A stretch of 64,000 bases of DNA from Verrucomicrobiia bacterium (GCA_035946615.1 DASYZB010000010.1:5235-69234), one strand, 5' to 3'; shown: positions 1 to 9,910, counted from the first letter of the stretch. Numbers and translations are program-made. The notes: generated from the letters alone by a model not told the origin.

Positions 1-392
1 GCCTGGCGGCGAGCCTGCCGGTCCCCAAAGTGTATGGGCCTCCGGAGGGCAACGTTCTGCTGGTGGGCTGGGGTTCGACCCGCGGCCCAATCCAGGAAGC
101 GGTGGACCGCGCCCGGGCGTCAGGCGACAGCGTTTCGGCTATGCACCTCAAGCATATCCACCCGCTTCCTCCCGGGCTGGAAAACATCTTCTCCGGCTTC
201 AATACCGTCCGGGTTGTCGAGATGAACGATGAGGGTTTGTATGGATACGGGCAGTTTGCGGGCCTGTTGCGCGCCCGGTATTGCGACCCCAAGATACGCG
301 GCATCAACAAGACCGACGGCCTGACATGGAAAGTCAGGGAGATTCTGGAACGCGCGAAGTCGGACATTGCCGCCGGTCTGCGCAAGCTGTAA
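1..392 (+). CDS. korA: 2-oxoacid:ferredoxin oxidoreductase alpha subunit, C-terminal part (5' end outside window)
   Basis: The frame is open from the window edge (track ORF 30..392). The sequence VLLVGWGSTRGPI...HLKHIHPLPP is typical of the KorA C-terminal domain. It lies directly upstream of the TPP-binding beta subunit. Confidence 0.7.
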   Translation, partial: LAASLPVPKVYGPPEGNVLLVGWGSTRGPIQEAVDRARASGDSVSAMHLKHIHPLPPGLENIFSGFNTVRVVEMNDEGLYGYGQFAGLLRARYCDPKIRGINKTDGLTWKVREILERAKSDIAAGLRKL

Positions 393-436
393 CGAATTTT
401 AACAGGTCCTATCACGTCTAACTATTTGAGAAATGT

Positions 437-1393
437 ATGAGTTCCCCCGTAACTGAAGCCCAGCCACGCATCCTGAATGGTTCTGCCAACGGCAGCGCCA
501 CCGCTCTGCCAACCCCCACTGAGCGCAAACCCCTGACTAAAAAGGACATCGCCGCCGACCATCCGACCTGGTGTCCGGGTTGCGGCGATTTTTCGGTGCT
601 GGCGCTCTACTTCAAACTGATCGAGAAACGCAAGCTGTGGCAGGAGAGAATTACCACCATCTCGGGCATCGGCTGTTCGAGCCGGTTTCCTTATTTTGTG
701 CAGGCTTACGGCGCCCATTACATTCACGGGCGCGCCCTGGCGTTTGCCAGCGGCATCTCGCTCTCGCGCCCCGACCTCCACGTCTTTGCCTTTGGCGGCG
801 ACGGCGACATGTTTTCGATTGGGGGAAACCATTTCAACCATGCGGCCCGCAAGAACATCAAGCTCACCTGCGTGGTGATGGATAACTGGGTTTATGGGCT
901 GACCAAGAAGCAGACCTCGCCGACCTCGCCTTTGGGGTTCAAGAGCAAAACCGATACCTGGGGCGCAGTGGACTATCCTATAAATCCCATGAAGCAGGCC
1001 ATCGCGGCTGGGGCCTCATTTGTCGCGCGCACGACGAGCACCAACCCCAACCACGTCATGCAAATGATGGAAGCGGCCATGGACCACGATGGCTTCAGCT
1101 TTATCGAATGCTTGAGCGAATGCGTTGAGTTTTATGAAGGGGCGTTTGACGCGTCGAACCCCCGTAAGGGCGGTGTGTTTAACACCGTCCCCGCCGGCCA
1201 CGATGTAACCGATGAAACGGCGGCCTATAAGCTCGCTGAAGAGCCGTTTCCGGGCGTATTCGGGATTTTCTATAAAGTCAACAAGCCCACCAAAAACGCT
1301 AAAGAAGCCGCTCTGAATGCGGCAGCCCGCGAGAAGCTAGCCGGCCTAAAGGACTGGGAAATTCTCAAGAAGAGCTTCGAGCGGATGAAGTAG
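437..1393 (+). CDS. korB: 2-oxoacid:ferredoxin oxidoreductase beta subunit (TPP-binding)
   Basis: 318 aa with HPTWCPGCGDFSVL and GGDGD TPP-binding-type motifs. It follows korA by 45 nt. Confidence 0.85.
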   Translation: MSSPVTEAQPRILNGSANGSATALPTPTERKPLTKKDIAADHPTWCPGCGDFSVLALYFKLIEKRKLWQERITTISGIGCSSRFPYFVQAYGAHYIHGRALAFASGISLSRPDLHVFAFGGDGDMFSIGGNHFNHAARKNIKLTCVVMDNWVYGLTKKQTSPTSPLGFKSKTDTWGAVDYPINPMKQAIAAGASFVARTTSTNPNHVMQMMEAAMDHDGFSFIECLSECVEFYEGAFDASNPRKGGVFNTVPAGHDVTDETAAYKLAEEPFPGVFGIFYKVNKPTKNAKEAALNAAAREKLAGLKDWEILKKSFERMK

Positions 1394-1405
1394 CACGGCA
1401 AAAGG

Positions 1406-1430
1406 AGCAGCGGTGTCCCACGGCTGCTTT
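1406..1430 (+). terminator. Candidate rho-independent terminator after korB
   Basis: Hairpin AGCAGCGGTG-tcc-CACGGCTGCT with one G.G mismatch, followed by TTTCT, 13 nt after the korB stop. Confidence 0.4.
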
Positions 1431-1815
1431 CTGGCTGACCAAGCGCAGACTGCTCCAATAGCTTCAAAGGACGCTGTTGGAGTCCAGGCTCAGAGACTCC
1501 TGAGTGGTCTGAAATCCAGACGGCACTGTAACGCCTCAGTGACTCGGGGCTGCCGGCTGAAGCCGGCGTTCCGGACGCGCGGAACGCCGCCTTTAGGCGG
1601 CAGCGCCCGCCGTCACTAACCGATTACTCGACAGTTCGATTTTTGCAGTCGTACAAATAGTCCCCCGGGCATTTCTCCTGTTGCGCATCCAAGCTCGCGC
1701 ATGCCCCACTCAGAAGCAAACAGGGAATTTCCCAGGTACTTCTGGAACTCATTATCACCAATGGGCTGGTTTGCCAGCTCGTTTTCAGCGTGCGCCTGCT
1801 CCGCAAGGGCAGGGG

Positions 1816-4647
1816 CTAATGGAAACCCGTCGAGCTGCTCTCTTCTTCCCTCGGCGGGAATTCGAAATTGGCTTTGCCGGTTTCATCCATAACGAGATAG
1901 GCGCGGAAGGGCCGGCCCGTTTTGGAAATGAATTGGCTGAGGATGTCGGTTCTGCCTTCTACGAGGAGTTTGGCGGCTTGGGCGCGGTCGATGGGTTGCT
2001 GCAAGATGACTTTGCTTATTTTAAATTTACAGGGGCGCTTCTCAGCTTGCGACTTTTCGCAGAGATAAGCGGCCTCGGTTTCAAATACCTGTCCGCCGCA
2101 CTTGGGGCACTTGCCAATGGGTTCTTGCCCGGTGAAATCCAGTTTAGGCTGGGGCTCCTTGGGTTCGCTGGATTTTGCTGCGCCCCGTTTTGATTTGGCG
2201 CGCGGCTCGAATTCGAAACCGATCTCGCCGTCTTTCAGGGCGAGGAATGCCTTGAATGGCCGTCCCTTTTTGGAGATGAACTTGTCAAGGAGATCAGTCT
2301 TGCCTGTGGCCAGCAGCTTCTCCATTTGGCCCCTCTCGATGGGTTGTTGAAGGATAATCTTGCTCGCCCGTCGAAAATCGCATGTGTGGTTAGGGCCTAC
2401 GGTTCGCTCACAGACATAATGCATCGCGGTTTCGAATATCCGCTGCCCGCACTTGGGGCATTTGCCGACCGGCTCCTGCCCGCTAAAGTCCACTTCCTCG
2501 ATTTGGCCCTCGCCGTTGCGTTGTTCCTGTCCGAAATCCCATTCCATCTTGTTCTCGGCGTTCAAGCGCAGGACGGCCGCGAAGGGTCTGCCCATCCGGC
2601 TGCGGAACCCCTGCAATGGTCCGAGCTGCCGGTGCCGGATCAGTTGCTCGACCTCCTTGGCTTCAAAGAGACGGCCTTTGATGATTTTCCAAATGGAGAA
2701 CTCACATTTAACGCACTGAAAGGCCTTGTAGCGTTCGTGAACTTCTCCGCCGCATTGAGGACAAGGGACGTGCAGGACGCCGAAATCGCCGGGGATAGTG
2801 TCCAACTCGAACTTTTTGGCGCGCTCGACGATATGGCGGGTCATGTCGGTGATACCGGTCATGAACTCGACGCGGCTCTTTTGCCGGCGCTGGACCTGGC
2901 GCAACTGGAATTCCCAATCGCCAGTCAATTCGGGTTTGGTCAGTTCCGGGATGCCCAGGCCGTTGAGCAGTTCCATCAGTGCAAAGGCCTTGGCGGTGGC
3001 TTGCAGCTCTTTGCCCTGGCGCAGGAGGTACTGTTCATAGATCAGGCCCTCGATAGTGGCGGCGCGGGTGGCCGGCGTGCCCAACCCCTTTTCGCTCATA
3101 GCCTCGCGCAGCTCTTCATCCTCGACCAGTTTGCCAGCCCCTTCCATTGCGCCGAGCAGGGTGGCCTCGGTAAACCGGGGTGGTGGTTTGGTTTGATTAG
3201 CTTTGACTTCGACGTTGCTGGTTTGGACCTGCTCGCCGGGCTGCACAGGGGCCAGGCTCGGGGCGTCATCGCCTTGCGCCTCCCGTCCATAAACAGCCAG
3301 CCACCCCGGGTTCACGAGGACTTTGCCAACGCTCTTAAACGGCTCGGTCTCGACCCTCGTAATGCGGGTCGTTTCGAGAAACTCAGCAGCGGGATAAAAA
3401 ACAGCCAGGAAGCGCTTGGTGACCATGTCGTAGAGCTTCTGCTCTGGCTCGTTGAGGCCCTTGGGCGGCTCGGTGGTGGGGATAATCGCAAAGTGATCGG
3501 AGACCTTCGCATTATTGAAGATGCGCTTGTTGGGTTTGACCCAATTATTCTTGAGCACGGTTTCCGCCAGCGAGCCGTAAGATGTGCCCGAAAGCATACC
3601 GAGCGTTTTGCGGACCGTGTCCTGGTAGTCCTCGGGCAAGGCGCGGGAATCAGTTCTTGGATAGGTCAAAACCTTGTGCCGCTCGTAGAGGGCCTGAGCC
3701 AGCTTCAGAGTGTTGGAGGCGCTGAACCCGAACCGGCTATTGGCCTCACGCTGCAAACCGGTCAGATCGAACAGCAAGGGCGAAAGCTGCGTGCTGGGCT
3801 TGCTCTCCTCCGTTACGATGCCGGGTTTGCCCAAACATTTTTCGCGAATGGCTTCGGCCCGCTCGCGTTCCCAAAGACGCTCGGCCCGCAGCTCGGCGTC
3901 GGCATCCTTTTCAGCGCGGACAAATTTTTCGTCAAACCATTTGCCGGTGTATTCACCACCCTGTGCCTGGAAGGTGCCGAGCACCTCCCAATAATCGCGT
4001 GGAACGAATTTCCGGATGCGTTGCTCGCGTTCGACGACAATCGCCAGGGTAGGGGTCTGCACGCGGCCAACGGTGGTTTTGAAAAAGCCCCCTGATTTCG
4101 AGTTGAAGGCCGTCATGGCCCGGGTCCCGTTAATGCCAACCAGCCAGTCGGCTTCCGACCGGCTCACGGCGGCATCGGCCAAGGGCAGCATCTCCGCGTC
4201 CTCGCGCAAGGTGGAAAAGCCTTCGCGAATGGCCGCGGGAGTCATCGACTGGAGCCAAAGGCGTTTCACGGGCTGTTTGGCGTGCGTGTACCGGGCAATG
4301 TTGCGGAAAATCAATTCACCCTCGCGCCCGGCGTCACAGGCGTTAATGAGCAGGTCAACGTCCTTGCGCTTGATGAGCTTGCCCAACACTTTCAGGCGGG
4401 ACTGGCTCTTCTCGATGGGTTGCAGGTCGAAATGAGGGGGAATCACCGGCAGATGGGCAAAAGACCATTTGCCGCGGGCGGGTTCGACCCCTTCAGGGAC
4501 GATCAGTTCGAGCAAATGTCCGACCGCCGACGAGAGGACGTAATGCTCACTCTCGAAGTAATCTTCGTTTTTCTTAAAGCCACCCAGGGCCCGGGCAATG
4601 TCGGTCGCAACCGACGGCTTTTCGGCAATTATCAAGGCCTTACCCAT
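1816..4647 (-). CDS. topB: DNA topoisomerase III with three C-terminal zinc-ribbon/Topo-C repeats
   Basis: 943 aa with a TOPRIM N-terminus (MGKALIIAEKPSVATDIARALG) and a type IA core. The C-terminus carries three copies of CPxCG...GRPF repeat units. Confidence 0.9.
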   Translation of the reverse strand: MGKALIIAEKPSVATDIARALGGFKKNEDYFESEHYVLSSAVGHLLELIVPEGVEPARGKWSFAHLPVIPPHFDLQPIEKSQSRLKVLGKLIKRKDVDLLINACDAGREGELIFRNIARYTHAKQPVKRLWLQSMTPAAIREGFSTLREDAEMLPLADAAVSRSEADWLVGINGTRAMTAFNSKSGGFFKTTVGRVQTPTLAIVVEREQRIRKFVPRDYWEVLGTFQAQGGEYTGKWFDEKFVRAEKDADAELRAERLWERERAEAIREKCLGKPGIVTEESKPSTQLSPLLFDLTGLQREANSRFGFSASNTLKLAQALYERHKVLTYPRTDSRALPEDYQDTVRKTLGMLSGTSYGSLAETVLKNNWVKPNKRIFNNAKVSDHFAIIPTTEPPKGLNEPEQKLYDMVTKRFLAVFYPAAEFLETTRITRVETEPFKSVGKVLVNPGWLAVYGREAQGDDAPSLAPVQPGEQVQTSNVEVKANQTKPPPRFTEATLLGAMEGAGKLVEDEELREAMSEKGLGTPATRAATIEGLIYEQYLLRQGKELQATAKAFALMELLNGLGIPELTKPELTGDWEFQLRQVQRRQKSRVEFMTGITDMTRHIVERAKKFELDTIPGDFGVLHVPCPQCGGEVHERYKAFQCVKCEFSIWKIIKGRLFEAKEVEQLIRHRQLGPLQGFRSRMGRPFAAVLRLNAENKMEWDFGQEQRNGEGQIEEVDFSGQEPVGKCPKCGQRIFETAMHYVCERTVGPNHTCDFRRASKIILQQPIERGQMEKLLATGKTDLLDKFISKKGRPFKAFLALKDGEIGFEFEPRAKSKRGAAKSSEPKEPQPKLDFTGQEPIGKCPKCGGQVFETEAAYLCEKSQAEKRPCKFKISKVILQQPIDRAQAAKLLVEGRTDILSQFISKTGRPFRAYLVMDETGKANFEFPPREEESSSTGFH

Positions 4648-4736
4648 GTTTGTATAGACACTTACACGCGGTTAACCAAGGAAGCAACCGCCGTGCGAGT
4701 GGGTGGACAGTGGACTAACGTGGGGCGGGGGTCAAG

Positions 4737-6107
4737 TTACTTGCCGATACAGAACTGGCTGAAGATCATATCCAGGAGGTCTTCGGTGGTTGTTTTACCC
4801 ACGATTTCGCCAATAGCATTGACTGCAATGCGCAAATCCAGGGCGGCCAATTCAAGTGTTTGTTGGGCGCGGAGCGCATCCACCGTGCGGCGGATGGCCG
4901 CGCAGGCACGTTGGAGAGCCTCCTGGTGGCGCGAGTTGATCATGACCTCGAGCATCTCCGCCCGAATCTCACCTGACCAGGCCAGCGCATTGATTTGGTC
5001 CTTGAGCTTTTCAATGCCTTCTCCGGTCAGGCAGCACACATCAACGGCGTTTTGTGCCTCTTCCGGCGGAAAGAATAGACGCGAAGGCAGATCGCTCTTG
5101 TTGCGGATGAGGATACGTTTCTTTGCAGAGAATTCGTGCAAAAGGGTATCATCAGCAGCCGTGAGCGTCTCGGAGGCGTCAAATACATGGAGGATGAACT
5201 CGGCCGCTTCGAGTGATTGGCGGCTGCGCCGGATTCCCTCGAATTCGATTTCGTCGCGGGCTTCGCGCAGCCCGGCGGTATCAATGAAAACGACCGGGAC
5301 ACCCCGGATGTTGGCGGTCTCCTCGATGGTGTCGCGGGTCGTGCCGGGGATGGCCGAAACGATGGCCCGCTCGCGCCCGAGCAGTTGATTGAGCAAGCTG
5401 GATTTGCCGGCATTGGGCCGGCCAATAATAGCTGCGCGAATCCCGCGTCGCAGAATCTGGCCTTCGTTCGCCGTTTTGATCAGTTCCTCGACGAAGCCAA
5501 TGCCTCGTTCGAGGCGCTCGACTAATTGGTTGCGGGTATCCGGGGAAATATCTTCATCGGGGAAATCGATATGCGCCTCGATATGGGCCAGGATTTTGAG
5601 CATCTGCTCCCGAAGCTGGTTTATGCGTTGGGAAAGCTTGCCCGCAAGCTGCTCGTTAGCGGCGCGCAAGGCCAACTCTGTACGCGAATGAATCAGGTCA
5701 GCCACAGCCTCAGCCTGGGCCAAATCCAGCCGGCCATTCAGAAAGGCGCGCCGGGTGAATTCGCCGGGCTCGGCCAGGCGCGCGCCGCACGCCAGCACGG
5801 CGTCGAGGACCATTTTGGACGGAAGCACCCCGCCATGGCAGGTGATCTCGATGACATCCTCGCGTGTGAAAGTGCGCGGGGCTCGCATGACGGCGAGCAG
5901 GACCTCGTCCACTCGCCGGCCATTGCGGGTGATATGGCCGTATTGAATGGTATGGGTAGAAGCCGCGGAGGGCTTGAGCGATGACTTGCCGGCCGGGACA
6001 AAGCAGCGGTCTGCCACCTCGATTGCGAGCGGGCCGGACAAGCGGATAACGGCGAGCCCACCTTCGCCAAGCGGCGTGGCAATTGCCGCTATGGTGTCGT
6101 TATCCAT
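4737..6107 (-). CDS. mnmE: tRNA modification GTPase MnmE
   Basis: The N-terminus MDNDTIAAIATPLGEGGLAVIRLSG, the G domain GRPNAGKSSLLN and the C-terminal CIGK motif are all present. I trimmed the start to the internal ATG at 6107, because the longer track ORF overlaps the upstream gene. Confidence 0.9.
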   Translation of the reverse strand: MDNDTIAAIATPLGEGGLAVIRLSGPLAIEVADRCFVPAGKSSLKPSAASTHTIQYGHITRNGRRVDEVLLAVMRAPRTFTREDVIEITCHGGVLPSKMVLDAVLACGARLAEPGEFTRRAFLNGRLDLAQAEAVADLIHSRTELALRAANEQLAGKLSQRINQLREQMLKILAHIEAHIDFPDEDISPDTRNQLVERLERGIGFVEELIKTANEGQILRRGIRAAIIGRPNAGKSSLLNQLLGRERAIVSAIPGTTRDTIEETANIRGVPVVFIDTAGLREARDEIEFEGIRRSRQSLEAAEFILHVFDASETLTAADDTLLHEFSAKKRILIRNKSDLPSRLFFPPEEAQNAVDVCCLTGEGIEKLKDQINALAWSGEIRAEMLEVMINSRHQEALQRACAAIRRTVDALRAQQTLELAALDLRIAVNAIGEIVGKTTTEDLLDMIFSQFCIGK

Positions 6108-6108
6108 T

Positions 6109-6333
6109 TCAAGCGCCCCTTTGTTCCAGCAGGAGCCTGGCTTTCTGATAGCTTTTCTTGTGCAGGTAATGCACCAAATCCGGGTCCGAGCCTTTCGGCA
6201 ATTGCCGCGCCAGATCATCCAAACGCGCGAAGAGTGGGCGCAGGTCAGGCTTTGGATTGGCTGAAGCCATCGCATTCACCGCCCAATCGAGTTCGATAAG
6301 ACCATTCAGAATGTCTGTTTCAAGCGCAGTCAT
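6109..6333 (-). CDS. Hypothetical small protein (74 aa)
   Basis: The ORF ends 1 nt before the mnmE start and has a normal amino-acid composition. I recognise no family. Confidence 0.4.
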   Translation of the reverse strand: MTALETDILNGLIELDWAVNAMASANPKPDLRPLFARLDDLARQLPKGSDPDLVHYLHKKSYQKARLLLEQRGA

Positions 6334-6394
6334 ACCCGAATATGCAGGAGTTCAAATGCCTTGAAAAGAGCCGCTCGCACGAAATAATCACGCC

Positions 6395-8257
6395 ATGACG
6401 CACCGTGGCGGTGAGAAGAATCAAAGGTTTCTGGGAATTGAAGGTGGCGCAACTCGCACCGTGGCCCTGCTTGCAGACAGCCAAGGCAAAACGCTGCGCC
6501 GGCTCGAAGCGGGTCCCGCCAATTTAAAACTCCTCACCGATAGCCAATTGACCGAGCATCTTTTCGGGTTCGCAGCCGCTCTGCCCCGTCCGGATGCGGT
6601 GGCCATCGGTCTGGCAGGGGCTTGGGCCGAATCGGACAAAACTCGAATCCGGTTAGCCGCAGGCCAGGCCTGGCCGGGTGTGCCGTGTTTTGCCACTCAC
6701 GATTTGGAGACGGCGCTGGCCGCCGCAAATCGCAACGAAGGGCAAGGGTCGATCACGCCGCAGGTCCTTATCCTGAGCGGGACCGGCTCGGCCTGCTACG
6801 GCAAAGACCCGGCAGGTAAAGGCATCAAGGTGGGGGGCTGGGGGCATCTGCTGGGGGACCACGGCAGCGGCTATGAAATTGGCCTGCGCGCCCTCCAGGC
6901 GTCAGTCGAATATCGCGACCGCACTGGCAAATGGCCTGCGCTGGGACAAAACATTCTGCGTCAATTGAATCTCGCGCAACCGCGTGAGCTAATTGATTGG
7001 GTTCATCGCGCGACTAAAGGCGCTATTGCAAGGCTGGCTGAGGAGGTCTTCGCATCCCATGCAGCGCGCGAAAAGCTTGCAGCGCAAATTCTGAAAAAGG
7101 CCGCTTGCTCTCTCGCCCAGGATGGGGCGTTGTGCGCGCGGAAGGTTGCCAGGCCAAACAGGCGTGTCGATTTCGTTCTCTCGGGCGGGGTGTTGCTCAA
7201 GCAGCCTCGGTTCGCGGCAGAAATTGGCCGTGAATTGCGCCGGCTTTGGCCGGGGGCGGTGGTTAAAACGCTGCAACGGGAGAGCGTGTGGGGGGCGGTT
7301 GAATTAGCCAAAACGAGATGCCGTAGTCCGGGGCCGGAAGGCAAAACTGCCCCTTCAGCGAGTCTCGGTGAAAGTGCGCTTTCGATAGCGCAGGAAGCAA
7401 AGGAGCGCCCGCGCCTTACCGTCACATCAATGCGCCTATCGCCTACCGAGCAGCGCAATCCGCGCTCGAGGAGGCTGGACAAACTGCCGTTGCGCAAAGC
7501 GATTCGCTTGATGCTCACCGAAGAAGGCAGGGTGCCGAGGCAGGTTTTAACACAGTTGCCAGCCCTCGAACGAAGCATCCGCTTGATTGCCTCCGCGTTC
7601 CAACACGCGGGCAGATTATTTTATGTGGGCGCCGGCACGAGCGGACGGTTGGGCGTTTTGGATGCGAGCGAATGTCCGCCGACGTTTGGCGCCCCCTCTG
7701 AGCAGGTACAAGGGATTATTGCGGGAGGACGCTCAGCATTGTGGGCATCCATCGAGGGCGCCGAAGATGATGCGGCTGCAGGCGCCGCCGAGATCAAAAC
7801 TCGCCGCGTGAGCGCCCGCGATGTCGTAGTCGGCATTGCCGCCAGCGGCACCACCCCGTTTGTGTGGGGCGCCATCGCCGAAGCCAAACGGCGCCGTGCC
7901 AGGACGGTGCTGATTTGCTTCAATCCGTTTCTGAGAATCCCATCGGCTTTGCGTCCCAACGTCATCATTGCGCCGGATTTGGGGCCTGAAGTTTTGACTG
8001 GCTCGACGCGATTAAAGGCCGGCACGGCCACAAAGCTGATTCTAAACTCGTTCACGACGCTGAGCATGGTTCGGCTCGGAAAAGTGATGAGCAATCTCAT
8101 GATCGATCTGCGCCCCACCAATACAAAATTGAGACAACGCGCTGTGGGGATTGTGCAGGAGTTGACAGGCGCGAGCGCAGAGCGGGCCAGACAGGCATTG
8201 GAAGCGGGTGGGTGGAGTATAAAGAAATGCGTTGCGCGGTTAGGGAGGAGCCGATGA
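6395..8257 (+). CDS. murQ: Fusion protein: BadF/BadG/BcrA/BcrD-type sugar kinase (MurK/NagK-like) plus N-acetylmuramic acid 6-phosphate etherase (MurQ)
   Basis: The N-terminal half has FLGIEGGATRT and GWGHLLGDHGSGYEIG ASKHA-kinase motifs. The C-terminal half has the SIS-domain etherase signature SPTEQRNPRS...LFYVGAGTSGRLGVLDASECPPTFG. Confidence 0.8.
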   Translation: MTHRGGEKNQRFLGIEGGATRTVALLADSQGKTLRRLEAGPANLKLLTDSQLTEHLFGFAAALPRPDAVAIGLAGAWAESDKTRIRLAAGQAWPGVPCFATHDLETALAAANRNEGQGSITPQVLILSGTGSACYGKDPAGKGIKVGGWGHLLGDHGSGYEIGLRALQASVEYRDRTGKWPALGQNILRQLNLAQPRELIDWVHRATKGAIARLAEEVFASHAAREKLAAQILKKAACSLAQDGALCARKVARPNRRVDFVLSGGVLLKQPRFAAEIGRELRRLWPGAVVKTLQRESVWGAVELAKTRCRSPGPEGKTAPSASLGESALSIAQEAKERPRLTVTSMRLSPTEQRNPRSRRLDKLPLRKAIRLMLTEEGRVPRQVLTQLPALERSIRLIASAFQHAGRLFYVGAGTSGRLGVLDASECPPTFGAPSEQVQGIIAGGRSALWASIEGAEDDAAAGAAEIKTRRVSARDVVVGIAASGTTPFVWGAIAEAKRRRARTVLICFNPFLRIPSALRPNVIIAPDLGPEVLTGSTRLKAGTATKLILNSFTTLSMVRLGKVMSNLMIDLRPTNTKLRQRAVGIVQELTGASAERARQALEAGGWSIKKCVARLGRSR

Positions 8258-9054
8258 AGGCAATGCGAAAGGCATCGTTTGCCGGTCTTATCGGCAGCAT
8301 TCCGAATCGGCTGGCGCTGGCGGGCGGATGGATTGACCAGCCATTTGTCTCGCGGCACAACCCCACTCCACCGGGGTCAATGGTGGTGGTCTCGCTTGAA
8401 CCGACATTCCGTTTCATGGACCGCGCGGGGTGTGCCAGCGGGACCCGCGCGGTCGCCATGGCGCTCTGGAACGGACGGCTCCCCAATCGGCCCGCCGGGC
8501 AGCTTGTGCGCGAGTTGTACGCCGCTGAGAACAAGGGCATGGCGGAGCCCAGCGGTTCACAAGATATGATCGGGCTGATTTATCCGGGCATCAGCCGTCT
8601 CGATTACGATTGCGCCGTCGATGGCGGGGTGTTTCCGCGCCGGATTGAATCGCTGGCGAGTTGGCGCGTTGCGCGCTGGCTCGAGCGCGTGTTGTATGTG
8701 CTCCCGATTGAGCCACGCCCTGCGGGTTACAATCCACTTGGCGTGAAGCGCCTCGATCCTAAATGGATCGCGCGGCTGGGCCAGACTGGGAAACACTGCT
8801 TTGAGGCGATACGCTCTGGTGACGCAGGGGCTCTGGGGGCATCGATGAATGAATGCATGGTCTGTTGGCAGAAAATCCTTCCGCACACGGTGCGACATCC
8901 CTCGATTAAAATCGATTTGGAGCGAATCCTTGCTTTTTATCAACGGCACTATTGCGGCGCGATGTACTCAGGCTGCGGAGGCGGCTATCTCCTCGTCATT
9001 TCGAACAAGTCGGTGCCCGGCGGTTTCCAGGTACGGGTCCGAACCAAGAGATGA
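8254..9054 (+). CDS. Divergent GHMP-like sugar kinase family protein
   Basis: The start overlaps the murQ stop as ATGA. A GHMP motif-II-like PSGSQDMIG and a motif-III-like YSGCGGGYLLVIS are present. The family assignment is tentative. Confidence 0.5.
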   Translation: MKAMRKASFAGLIGSIPNRLALAGGWIDQPFVSRHNPTPPGSMVVVSLEPTFRFMDRAGCASGTRAVAMALWNGRLPNRPAGQLVRELYAAENKGMAEPSGSQDMIGLIYPGISRLDYDCAVDGGVFPRRIESLASWRVARWLERVLYVLPIEPRPAGYNPLGVKRLDPKWIARLGQTGKHCFEAIRSGDAGALGASMNECMVCWQKILPHTVRHPSIKIDLERILAFYQRHYCGAMYSGCGGGYLLVISNKSVPGGFQVRVRTKR

Positions 9055-9872
9055 GTGCGCCATCTGTCGTTGTTAGCGGCGCGTTTGATAATGCCGGTTC
9101 AGCCGGCCTGCGCTTCCTGCAAGAGGCGGCCAAGCTGGGCGATGTCACCGTTTTGCTTTGGCCGGATGAAGCGGTGCGATTGCTTGCGGGCCGCACCCCA
9201 GGGTTTCCTTTCTCGGAGCGCGCCTATTTTCTGCGGGCTGTCCGGTACGTCCATGACGTTAAGGCTGCGAGTGGTGTGATGGAAGGCGAGGGCCTCGCGC
9301 TGGCCGCCGGGTTTCGCGCGCAGGTTTGGGCTGATCAGGAGGGACCGGCCAATAATGCGCGGTGGACCTGGTGTGAGCGGCACGGAATTCAATACCACAT
9401 CATTCCAGCAAAGCAGCTTGAAGGCTTTCCCGAGGCCACCCCCAAGCCGGCGTTGCCCGGGCGCAAGAAGGTCATGGTGACCGGCTGCTATGACTGGCTA
9501 CATTCCGGTCATGTTCGCTTCTTTGAAGAGGTCAGCCAGTATGGCGATTTATACGTTGTGGTCGGCCATGACGCCAATATCCGCGTGCTCAAAGGCCCTG
9601 GGCACCCATTGCTTTCCCAGGATGAAAGGCGCTACCTCGTCGGTTCGATTCGCTATGTGCGCCAGGCGCTGATTTCCAGCGGTAATGGCTGGCTGGACGC
9701 CGAACCGGAGATCGAGCGGATTCAACCTGATATTTACGCCGTGAACGATGATGGCGACCGGGGAGGTAAACGCGAATACTGCGCCCAGCGCAGCATCGAG
9801 TACCTCGTGCTCAAACGCACACCGGCCCCCGGCCTGCCCAACCGCACGAGCACCGAATTGAGAGGATTTTAA
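9051..9872 (+). CDS. Tandem cytidylyltransferase-like protein (degenerate N-terminal domain, intact C-terminal HxGH domain)
   Basis: ATGA overlap with the upstream gene. The C-terminal domain has GCYDWLHSGHVRFF (HxGH). The N-terminal domain has SGAFDNAGSAGLRFL, where HxGH is lost. Confidence 0.65.
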   Translation: MSAPSVVVSGAFDNAGSAGLRFLQEAAKLGDVTVLLWPDEAVRLLAGRTPGFPFSERAYFLRAVRYVHDVKAASGVMEGEGLALAAGFRAQVWADQEGPANNARWTWCERHGIQYHIIPAKQLEGFPEATPKPALPGRKKVMVTGCYDWLHSGHVRFFEEVSQYGDLYVVVGHDANIRVLKGPGHPLLSQDERRYLVGSIRYVRQALISSGNGWLDAEPEIERIQPDIYAVNDDGDRGGKREYCAQRSIEYLVLKRTPAPGLPNRTSTELRGF

Positions 9873-9901
9873 TCAGATAGGAAGAACAAACTACAAGATT
9901 G

Positions 9902-9910
9902 AACCTGCGC
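9902..9910. repeat. Target-site duplication, left copy (AACCTGCGC)
   Basis: An identical 9-mer lies immediately outside both IS inverted repeats. Confidence 0.8.

Noticed and set aside
1624-1806. A 60-aa minus-strand ORF just downstream of topB.
   Set aside because: It has no recognisable motif and lies in a hairpin-rich convergent intergenic region, so its coding potential is doubtful.
2326-4095. A 589-aa plus-strand ORF. Similar long antisense ORFs are 15525..16547, 17304..18029, 20621..21415, 33314..34171, 49954..50904, 54358..55191 and 57457..58392.
   Set aside because: All of them lie antisense to genes with clear family signatures. They have Arg/Gly/Pro/Ala-rich, low-information composition typical of shadow frames in high-GC DNA.
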